Shown piece by piece: positions 1 through 10,134 of a DNA stretch of 64,000 nucleotides. The position numbers and the translations under genes are program-made. Every line of letters begins with the position of its first letter. Within the stretch, counting starts at the first letter, position 1. The stretch covers positions 53,042,823 to 53,106,822 of the forward strand of contig NC_052158.1 in NCBI RefSeq assembly GCF_902713615.1, in the 5' to 3' direction. The notes under the pieces are model-generated. The model searched no databases and was not told where the DNA came from. It saw only the letters and a program-made list of their open reading frames with translations. This DNA is from Scyliorhinus canicula (lineage: Eukaryota).

Positions 1-2332
1 GAGCCCCTGTAAATAAACCCCAACACAACACAGAGCCCCTGTAAATAAACCCCAACACAGAGCCCCTGTAAATAAACCCCAACACAACACAGAGCCCCTG
101 TAAATAATCCCCAACACAACACAGAGCCCCTGTAAATAAACCCCGAACACAGAGCCACTGTAAATAATCCCCAACACAACACAGAGCCCCTGTAAATAAA
201 CCCCGAACACAGAGCCACTGTAAATAAACCCCAACACAGCACTGAGCCCCTGTAAATAAACCCCAACACAGAGCCCCTGTAAATAAACCCCAACACAACA
301 CAGAGCCCCTGTAAATAATCCCCAACACAACACAGAGCCCCTGTAAATAAACCCCGAACACAGAGCCACTGTAAATAAACCCCAACACAGAGCCCCTGTA
401 AATAAACCCCAACACAACACAGAGCCCCTGTAAATAAACCCCAACACAACACAGAGCCCCTGTAAATAAACCCCAACACAGAGCCCCTGTAAATAAACCC
501 CAACACAACACAGAGCCCCTGTAAATAAACCCCAACACAACACAGAGCCCCTGTAAATAAACCCCAACACAGCACTGAGCCCCTGTAAATAAACCCCAAC
601 ACAGAGCCCCTGTAAATAAACCCCAACACAACACAGAGCCCCTGTAAATAAACCCCAACACAACACAGAGCCCCTGTAAATAAACCCCAACACAACACAG
701 AGCCCCTGTAAATAAACCTCAACACAGAGCCCCTGTAAATAAACCCCAACACAGAGCCCCTGTAAATAAACCCCGAACACAGAGCCCCTGTAAATAAACC
801 CCAACACAACACAGAGCCCCTGTAAATAAACCCCAACACAGAGCCCCTGTAAATAAACCTCAACACAACACAGAGCCCCTGTAAATAAACCCCAACACAA
901 CACAGAGCCCCTGTAAATAAACCCCAACACAACACAGAGCCCCTGTAAATAAACCCCAACACAACACAGAGCCCCTGTAAATAAACCTCAACACAGAGCC
1001 CCTGTAAATAAACCCCAACACAGAGCCCCTGTAAATAAACCCCGAACACAGAGCCCCTGTAAATAAACCCCAACACAACACAGAGCCCCTGTAAATAAAC
1101 CCCAACACAACACAGAGCCCCTGTAAATAAACCCCAACACAACACAGAGCCCCTGTAAATAAACCCCAACACAACACAGAGCCCCTGTAAATAAACCCCA
1201 ACACAACACAGAGCCCCTGTAAATAAACCCCAACACAACACAGAGCCCCTGTAAATAAACCCCAACACAGAGCTCCTGTAAATAAACCCCAACACAACAC
1301 AGAGCCCCTGTAAATAAACCCCAACACAACACAGAGCTCCTGTAAATAAACCCCAACCCAACACAGAGCCCCTGTAAATAAACCCCAACCCAACACAGAG
1401 CCCCTGTAAATAAACCCCAACACAGAGCCCCTGTAAATAAACCCCAACACAACACAGAGCCCCTGTAAATAAACCTCAACACAACACAGAGCCCCTGTAA
1501 ATAAACCCCAACACAACACAGAGCCCCTGTAAATAAACCCCAACACAACACAGATCCCCTGTAAATAAACCCCAACCCAACACAGAGCCCCTGTAAATAA
1601 ACCCCAACACAACACAGAGCCCCTGTAAATAAACCCCAACACAACACAGAGCCCCTGTAAATAAACCCCGAACACAGAGCCCCTGTAAATAAACCTCAAC
1701 ACAACACAGAGCCCCTGTAAATAAACCCCAACACAACACAGAGCCCCTGTAAATAAACCCCAACACAACACAGAGCCCCTGTAAATAAACCCCAACACAA
1801 CACAGAGCCCCTGTAAATAAACCCCAACACAACACAGAGCCCCTGTAAATAAACCCCAACACAACACAGAGCCCCTGTAAATAAACCCCAACACAACACA
1901 GAGCCCCTGTAAATAAACCCCAACACAACACAGAGCCCCTGTAAATAAACCCCAACACAACACAGAGCCCCTGTAAATAAACCCCAACACAGAGCCCCTG
2001 TAAATAAACCCCAACACAGAGCCCCTGTAAATAAACACCAACAAAACACAGAGCCCCTGTAAATAAACCTCAATACAACACAGAGCCCCTGTAAATAAAC
2101 CTCAATACAACACAGAGCTCCTGTAAATAAACCTCAATACAACACAGAGCTCCTGTAAATAAACCCCAACACAACACAGAGCCCCTGTAAATAAACACCA
2201 ACAAAACACAGAGCCCCTGTAAATAAACCCCGACACAGAGCCCCTGTAAATAAACCCCAACACAGAGCCCCTGTAAATAAACCCCAACCCAACACAGATC
2301 CCCTGTAAATAAACCTCAACACAACACAGAGC
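1..2332. repeat. Minisatellite with 27/32-bp units (GAGCCCCTGTAAATAAACCCCAACACA +/- ACACA), intron 1 of the putative MHC-like gene; runs off the left edge
   Basis: Direct reading: first unit 1-32, second unit 33-59, with interspersed 27- and 32-bp variants. Each unit reads GTTTATTTACAG|G on the minus strand, which is acceptor-like. Confidence 0.97.
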
Positions 2333-3420
2333 GACATCAAGGTGAATGAAAATTTCGAGCGCTATGTCTTCCGACAGCGTTTACAGGGTAAGGATGAACC
2401 TTTCCAGTCCTTTCTCACCCACCTCCACATCCTTGTGCAGTCCTGTAATTACGGGTCCACCTCCGACTCCATGATACGCGACCAGATCGTTTTCGGTGTT
2501 CAGTCGGACCCTCTACGCCAGCAGCTCCTCAAGGTAAAGCAGCTCACCCTAGCGATTACCATCGAGACCTGCGTGCTACATGAACACACCGCTAGTCGGT
2601 ATTCCCACGTCCAAGCGGCTGAAACAGCGCGGCAAGGTCCCCACGAGGCAGAACGGGTCCAAGCAATCAAGCAACTCCAGGGCCTCAGCCTGGATGAGGG
2701 AAGCCATTTCGTGCGCTTTTCACGGATTCCCACGCTTGCGCGGACTGAACGAGGGGATGGTGGTGTCGATGATCGCACTGCGCAGGCGTGCACCACGTAT
2801 GACCGCACCGTACATGAGCAGTGGCGCAGCGAGCGTACTGAAGCTACAACGTGCGGCAACTATGGCTCCGCCCACTTAAAGCGGCAATGTCCTGCCAAAT
2901 CCTGATGCTGCCTACAATGTGGGAAACTTGGCCACTATGCTGCTTTATGCAGGTCTGCTCAGCCTGCCACCTCTTGTCGTTCCAGCCAGCCTCGCAGGGA
3001 TGTCCGCACCATCCAACCCACGGTCACCAAACCCGATTCAGACCTGCTGCCTGATATTGACACTGAGGACCCGAAGGCACCTTTTCGAGTCGGTATCGTT
3101 ACCAAACACAGGGTGCCCCGAAGCAAACAGTCCAGCCTCTACCGGTACACAGCATTGATCCGGACGATGAGTGGTATGCCACCCTTACAGTCAAACTGTC
3201 CCAAAGCCAATTCCGCCTGGACACCGGTGCCTCCACCAATCTCATTGCGCGGTCTGACCTCCAAAGCCTTCGTGTCAAACCAGCCATCCTGCCATCAGCC
3301 TGCCAGCTACTAGATTGTATGGCAATGCCATTGCTGCCAGTGGCTCATGCCAACTTGAAGTGACGCACAGGTAACGCAAAGCCATCCGTCCCTTTGAAAT
3401 CGTGGGATCCTCTAAAGCCT
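2331..3420 (+). mobile_element. Gypsy LTR-retrotransposon internal fragment (gag, zinc knuckle, protease), decayed, no LTRs
   Basis: ORF 2342..2905 (QGKDEPFQSFLTHL..QSCNYG..IRDQIVFG..CGNYGSAHLKRQCPA), plus a degenerate protease motif (ctggacaccggtgcc, LDTGA, near 3217). Same family as the elements at 8545-15970 and 17350-21923. Confidence 0.9.
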
Positions 3421-5466
3421 CCCATTACTCACTGACTGAGGGTTAATACCCCAGTACCCAGACTGAGACCCTCTCTAACCCCATTACTCACTGACTGAGG
3501 GTTAATACCCCAGTACCCAGACACTGAGACCCTCTCTGACCCCATTACTCACTGACTGAGGGTTAATACCCAACTACCCAGACACTGAGACCCTCTCTGA
3601 CCCCATTACTCACTGATTGAGGGTTAATACCCCAGTACCCAGACACTGTGACCCTCTCTGACCCCATAACCCACTGACTGAGGGTTAATACCCTAGTACC
3701 CAGACACTGAGACCCTCTCTGACCCCATTACTCACTGACTGAGGGTTAATACCCCAGTACCCAGACAGTGAGACCCTCCCTGACCCCATTACTCACTGAC
3801 TGAGGGTTAATACACCAGTACCCAGACCAAGATCCTCTCTGACCCCATTACTCACTGACTGAGGGTTAATACCCCAGTACCCAGACACTGTGACCCTCTC
3901 TGACCCCATTACCCACTGACTGAGGGTTAATACCCCAGTACCCAGACACTGAGACCCTCTCTGACCCCATTACTCACTGACTGAGGGTTAATACCCCACT
4001 ACCCAGACACTGAGACCCTCTCTGACCCCATTACTCACTGACAGGGTTAATACACCAGTACCCAGACCAAGACCCTCTCTGACCCCATTACCCACTGACT
4101 GAGGGTTAATACCCCAGTACCCAGACACAGACCCTCTCTGACCCCATTACTCACTGACTGAGGGTTAATAACCCAGTACCCAGACTGAGACCCTCTCTGA
4201 CCCCATTACTCACTGACAGGGTTAATACACCAGTACCCAGACCAAGACCCTCTCTGACCCCATTACCCACTGACTGAGGGTTAATACCCCAGTACCCAGA
4301 CTGAGACCCTCTCTGACCCCATTACCCACTGACTGAGGGTTAATACCCCAGTACCCAGACACTGAGACCCTCTCTGACCCCATTACTCACTGACAGGGTT
4401 AATACACCAGTACCCAGACCAAGACCCTCTCTGACCCCATTAGTCACTGACTGAGGGTTAATACCCCAGTACCCAGACTGAGACCCTCTCTGACCCCATT
4501 ACTCACTGACTGAGGGTTAATAACCCAGTACCCAGACACTGAGAGCTCTGTGACCCCATTACTCACTGACTGAGGGTTAATACCCCAGTACCCAGACACT
4601 GAGACCCTCTCTGACCCCATTACTCACTGACTGAGGGTTAATACACCAGTACCCAGACTGAGACCCTCTCTGACCCCATTACTCACTGACTGAGGGTTAA
4701 TACCCCAGTACCCAGACACTGAGAGCTCTGTGACCCCATTACTCACTGACTGAGGGTTAATACCCCAGTACCCAGACAGTGACCCTCTCTGACCCCATTA
4801 CCCACTGACTGAGGGTTAATACCCCAGTACCCAGACACTGAGACCCTCTCTGACCCCATTACTCACTGACTGAGGGTTAATACCCCAGTACCCAGACACT
4901 GAGACCCTCTCTGACCCCATTACCCACTGACTGAGGGTTAATACCCCAGTACCCAGACACTGAGACCCTCTCTGACCCCATTGCTCACTGACTGAGGGTT
5001 AATACCTCAATACCCAGACACTGAGACCCTCACTGACCCCATTACTCGCTGATTGAGGGTTAATACCCCAGTACCCAGACACAGACCCTCTCTGACCCCA
5101 TTACCCACTGACTGAGGGTTAATACCCCAGTACCCAGACACTGAGACCCTCTCTCACCCCATTACCCACTGAGGGTTAATACTCCAGTACCCAGACACTG
5201 AGACCCTCTCTGACCCCATTACCCACTGACTGAGGGTTAATACCCCAGTACCCAGACACTGAGACCCTCTCTGACCCCATTATCCACTGACTGAGGGTTA
5301 ATACCCCAGTACCCAGACTGAGACCCTCTCTGACGCCATTACCCACTGACTGAGGGTTAATACCCCAGTACCCAGGCTGAGACCATCTCTGACCCCATTA
5401 CTCACTGACTGAGGGTTAATACCCCAGTACCCAGACTCTGAGACCCTCTCTGACCCTATTACTCAC
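3421..5466. repeat. Minisatellite with ~61-bp units (CCCCATTACTCACTGACTGAGGGTTAATACCCCAGTACCCAGACACTGAGACCCTCTCTGA), starting at the intron 1 donor
   Basis: About 34 tandem units with small indels. On the minus strand each unit contains CAGTGAGTAATGGGG (donor-like) and GGGTCTCAG, which matches the end of the adjacent exon. Confidence 0.97.
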
Positions 5467-5512
5467 CTGCTGAGACCCCTCCAGTAATGATCAGTAATAT
5501 TAATCTCAGCAT
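5467..5512 (-). CDS. Signal-peptide (leader) exon, MLRLILLIITGGVSA+G, phase-1 intron; probable exon 1 of an MHC class I-like gene (rest of gene left of the window)
   Basis: Minus strand GCAGCA ATG CTG AGA TTA ATA TTA CTG ATC ATT ACT GGA GGG GTC TCA GCA G|GTGAGT: n-region Arg, hydrophobic core, small residues at -3/-1 (V-S-A), consensus donor, and an upstream X/Y-box promoter. The GGVSA ending matches my recollection of shark class I leaders (not database-checked). Confidence 0.72.
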
Positions 5513-5698
5513 TGCTGCTTCCTCTGTCACACTCTGATGAAGATGGTGTGAGATATCCACTTCCAGCAGACACACTCCCTGTACTCTGACTGCCTCCTGT
5601 CCCTCCAGACTCTTACTCCGTGCAGATTACACAATGCTCATTGTCTTAAACTCAGACACTTCACAATTAACATAAACTTTCCAAATGTTATGAGGTAA

Positions 5699-5761
5699 CC
5701 AATCAGAGGAACACTGTGAACAACATTGTTAGTTGCCAAGGAGAATAATAAGTTAAGGTTT
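5699..5761 (-). promoter_or_regulatory. MHC-type SXY promoter module: Y box CTGATTGG (5706-5699), RFX X1-like CCTTGGCAAC (5741-5732), weak S-like AAACCT (5761-5756)
   Basis: Motifs read directly on the minus strand. GCAAC and CTGATTGG are separated by exactly 25 nt, and the module lies ~190 bp upstream of the leader ATG. Confidence 0.65.
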
Positions 5762-5789
5762 GAGAATTGTGCAAGAACCTGAATGTAAT

Positions 5790-6560
5790 TTGATCCAGAA
5801 CATTATTTTTATTAATTTCCGAGATGTAGGTGTCGCTGGTTGGGACGTGCATTTATTATCCGTTCCTAATTGCCCTTGAGGAGGTGGTGGTGAGCTGCTT
5901 CTTGACCCACTGAAGTCCCTGAAGCGTACGTACATCCACACCGATGTTAGGGAGGAGTTCCAGGATTTTGACTGAGTGGTGGTGAAGGAACATTTAAATG
6001 TTGTGAGCATTTTAGAGGCGATCTTGCAGGTTGTGGGGTCCCCTGGTATCTGCTGCCCTTGTCTTTCTAGATGGTTGTGGTCATGGGTTTAAAAGATGCT
6101 GCCCGCGGAGCCTTGGTGAGTTCCTGCAGTGCATCATGTGGATGGTACACATGACTGTCACTTTTCATTGGGAATGGAGGGATTGCATTTTTTTGTGACT
6201 GACTTGCCAGTCAAGTAGGGTGGTAAACGTGTTAAGTGTTTTTGGAGCTTTACTCTTCTAGGCAAGTCCTGACTTGTGCATTATAGTTGGTGAAAAAGTC
6301 TTTATGGGGTCAGTGGGTGAGTTACTCGCCGCAGGATTCCTAACCTCTGACCTGCTCTTGTAGCCACAGTATTCATATTGCTACTCCAGTTCAGTTTCTG
6401 GTCAATGGTAACTCCCAGGATGTTGATAGTGAGGGCTTCAGTGATGGTAATGCCATTGAATGTCAAGGGGAGATGGTTACATTCTCTCATTGGTGATGGT
6501 CATTGCGACATGAATGTTATTTGTTACTTGTCAGCCTAAACCTGGATACTGGCCAGGTAT
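5790..6560 (-). mobile_element. L2/CR1-group LINE 3' fragment (RT C-terminus and 3' UTR)
   Basis: ORF 6302..6490 ILGVTIDQKLNWSSNMNTVATRAGQRLGILRR is a typical RT thumb/C-terminal segment. Confidence 0.75.
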
Positions 6561-6901
6561 TGCTGCATTTGGACACGGAGTTACAGGGTCATAGAGCTTT
6601 ACAGGTCAGGAAGAGGCTCTTTGGCCCATCTTGTCTTCCTTGGCCATCAAGCACCTATCTATTATAATCCCATTTTCCAGCACTTGGTTTGTAGCCCTGT
6701 ATGCTTTGGTGTTTGAAGAGCTCATCTAAATGCTTCTTAAATGTTGTGCTGCTTCAGTATCTGAGGAAACACAAATGACAGAATGAATTAGGACGGGGAA
6801 GAAGCCATTCAGCCCTTCAGACTCTGCTATGCCATTCAATCAGATCCTGACTGATCTGGATCTCAACCATATACCTGCCTTTGCTCCACAGATATACCTT
6901 C

Positions 6902-7154
6902 TGTGGTGATATCATGGTTGTATTGTAATTCACCGACTGACCATTCGGAGTCTCATTGGTATATAAGTGAATGTTAGAGTCAGATGACCTCTGACTGGGA
7001 GCTGGGAGAGAGCGATTGCTTGTGCATGATCATACTGTTATTCATCTGTTATTTTGTATATATTTGACCCACAGTTAATGTTAATAAATTGTTTATAGCT
7101 TTAGCTAGACGTGTTCTTGTAATATAAATCCGACCATCCGACAAGAAAATTACA
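6902..7154 (+). mobile_element. Solo LTR, 253 bp, with 5-bp TSD CCTTC
   Basis: TG...CA termini (tgtggtgat...aattaca), CCTTC at 6897-6901 and 7155-7159, internal TATATAA (~6960) and AATAAA (~7084). Confidence 0.85.
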
Positions 7155-7184
7155 CCTTCATACCCCAACCCATCAACAATCAGT

Positions 7185-8544
7185 CCATAATGAAATAAAA
7201 ACAGAAAATGCTGGATAAACTCGGCAGACCCGGCAGCACCTGTGGAGAGAGAAATGGAGTTAACGTTTAGAGTTTGAATGATTCTTCTTCAGAAATGAAG
7301 ATGGGTGGAAATGTGATTTATTATATATTTGGAAATGGGGGTGGAGGAACTGGAGCAGAATAGAAAGTCAGGGATAAGTCGGAGCTAAGGAGAGGTTGAC
7401 AAAGTTATCATGGACACAAGAAAAAGGGAGTGTTAATGGTGGCATCAAGGTCTAAAGAAGGTGCTGATAATGGCACAAAGGTAAGATAGCAGAATGCATT
7501 AATAGGAGGAGAGGTGTCAGTGCTCAGGGAAAACAAAAGTAAAGAACAAGTGACAGATGGCCCTGTGGGGCACGGGGAATGTTTGAAATGGGATAAACCA
7601 AGGAAACAGAAACCAAACGGGGGAGTCAAGATGGATGGGAAAGTTCACAGTCTAAAGTTGTTGAACTCAATGTTAAGTCCTGAACATTGCAGTGTTCCTA
7701 ATCGGAAGATAAGGTTTTGTTCCATTGGTTGGCGCCGCCTTAACTGGAGCATTGCAGCAGGCCCAGGATGGACATGTGGGCATGAGAGCAAAATGCTGAG
7801 TTACAATGATGAGCAACAGCATGGTTGGAGTAATGCTTGCTGATGGAGAGAAGGTGTTCTGCAAAGCGATCACCCAGTCTGCGTTTAGTCTCTCCAATAT
7901 AGAGTAGATCACATTGGGAGCAGCAAATGCAATAGACCGGATTGAAGGAGGTGCACGTGAAGCACTGGCTCACTTGAAAAGAGTGTTTAGGCCCTGGGAT
8001 GGTGAGCAGGGAGGAGATAAAGGGGAAGGTGTTGCATCTTCTCTGATTGCAGAGGAAGGTGCCTTGGGGAGGATGAGGTGTTGGGGGTGATGGAGGAGTG
8101 AAGCAGTGTGTCGTAGGCCCCTGCCGAATATTGATTGGGGTGGGGTGGGGGGAAAGATATGTTTCATTGTGGCAGCATGTTGGAGTTGGCGGAAATGGTG
8201 GAGGATGATGCTTCGAATTCGGAGGTTGGTGGGGTGAAAAATGAGGACAAGGGGAACCCTGTCATGGCTCAGGGAGGGAGGGGAAGGGCTGACAACAGAC
8301 ATGTGGGAGGTGGGTCAGACAGGTTGAGTGTCTTGTTAACCACAGTGGGAGGAATCTTCAGTTGAGGAAGAAGGCAGACTGTCCAAAGTGCCATTTTCAA
8401 AGAGAGCATCATCAAACAGAGGTGCTGGAGTCGGAGAAACTGGGAGAATGGGATAGAGTTCTCACAGGGAATGGGATGTGAGGAGCTGTAGTTGAGGTAG
8501 CTGTGGGAATTGATGTGTTTATGATGAATATTGGTGGTCAGTCT
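7185..8544 (-). mobile_element. Penelope-like element 3' part (RT C-terminus, GIY-YIG endonuclease, terminal repeat), decayed
   Basis: ORF 7740..7973 VYCICCSQCDLLYIGETKRRLGDRFAEH (GIY-YIG); ORF 8269..8703 HSYLNYSSSHP..SIPFSQFLRL (PLE RT tail); ORF 7970..8302 VPLVLIFHP. Confidence 0.88.
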
Positions 8545-9236
8545 TGTCATAATATACATCCGGGTAAATAATGGTGCACAGACAGACATTGACACACAGG
8601 ATGACCAGTGAACACACAGAACACAGCAGCCAATCACCAGACAGGACATGACCACTATAAAGGTTTGCACTGGAGTGCTGAACTTGTTGCATTTGAGTGC
8701 CACAGTGAGAGTTTGGTGACTGAGGGAGTATAAGGGTTCATTTTTATCTAAAGTCTAGTATTTCTTTTATTTAGTTAATTAACTTAAAAGTTGCTGTTTG
8801 GTTTAGAAGAAGGTGAATTTTGAATCAGCTTTCAACAAGGTTCAACTTGAAGGTAATTGCAGCTGGAGCTTGTTAATTAGTTAATTGGATTAGGCCAGTT
8901 TTCAGAGGCTAGATTCACAGTATAAAAAAGGATCCAGCTACAGTGCGGACTTTGTTTGCACTGAGTGCTGAACTTGTTGCATTTGAGTGCTATAGTGAGT
9001 TTGGTGACTCAGGGAGTGCTGAACTTGGTGCATTTGAGTGCTATAATGAGAGTTTCGTGACTGAGGGAGTTAGGTGAGGAGGGAGTAAGGTGCTCCTTAC
9101 ATTTCATTTCCTACATTTCCTCAGATAGCGTGAAGGGAGCCAGGAGTTTACAGAGAGTACAGCTGACTGGAAGCAGAGTCGGAAGGCGGAGGTCCAGTTG
9201 GTCTACGGGACAGCTAATTCTGTAAAGTAAAAGGGG

Positions 9237-10128
9237 ATGGAGGCTAGGGCAGTTGCATGCTCCTCCCGTAGGATGTGGGTGGTGAGGGATACTACTGGTG
9301 TCCCCGCTGACTATACCTGCGGGAAATGTACCCAACTCCAGCTCCTCAGAGACCGTGTTAGGGAACTGGAGCTGGAGCTGGATGAACTTCGGATCATCCA
9401 GGAGGCAGAGGTGGTTATCGAGAAGAGTTACAGGGAGGTAGCCACATCCAAGGTACTGGACAAGAGTAGCTGGGTTACAGTCAGGGGAAAGAAAACTAAA
9501 AGAGCAGGGATCCCTCGTGGCCGTTCCCCTTCAAAACAAGTATACCATTTTGGATGCTGTTGGGGGGGATGACCTACCGGGGGAAGGCCCTAGCGGCCAG
9601 GTCTCTGGCACTGTCTGGCTCTGTGGTTCAGAAGGGAAGGGGGAGAATAGAAAAGCAAAAGTAATAGGAGATTCAATGGTTAGGAGAATAGATAGGAGAT
9701 TCTGTGGTCGCGAGCGAGACTCCCGGATGGTATGTTGCCTCCCGGGTGCCAGGGCCAGGGATGTCTCGGATCGTGTCTTCAGGATCCTAAAGGGGGAGGG
9801 TGAGCAGCCAGAAGTCGTGGTGCACATTGGTACCAACGACGTAGGTAGGAAAAGGGGTGTGGAGGTAATAAACAAGTTTAGGGAGTTAGGCTAGAATTTA
9901 AAGGCCAGGACAGACAGAGTTGTCATCTCTCGTTTGTTGCCGGTGCCACGTGATAGCGAGGCTAGGAATAGGGAGAGAGTGCAGTTGAACACGCGGCTGC
10001 AGGAATGGTGTAGGAGGGAGGGCTTCAGGTATTTGGATAATTGGAGCGCATTCTGGGGAAGGTGGGACCTGTACAAGCAGGACGGGTTGCATCTGAACCA
10101 CCAATATCCTGGGGGGGAGGTTTTCTAG
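9237..10128 (+). pseudogene. CR1 ORF1 (zinc finger, coiled coil, SGNH/GDSL esterase), frameshifted
   Basis: YTCGKCTQLQLLRDRVRELELEL; VIGDSMVR; VVVHIGTND; DGLHLN. Confidence 0.9.
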
Positions 10129-10134
10129 TACTCT

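Noticed and set aside
860-2340. Long minus-strand ORFs (up to 394 aa, GFIYRGSVLCWGLFTGALCC repeats) as a protein-coding gene
   Set aside because: They are translations of the minisatellite, whose unit lacks stops on that strand; low complexity and overlapping in all three frames.
1-5466. CRISPR array interpretation of the 27-32-bp and 61-bp repeats
   Set aside because: Units are head-to-tail with no unique spacers, no cas genes are present, and the context is vertebrate.
7265-7295. Hammerhead ribozyme in the Penelope terminal repeat
   Set aside because: CTGAAGA is present on the minus strand, but stem II and the GAAA core are degenerate (CTAAAC), so a functional ribozyme is not supported.
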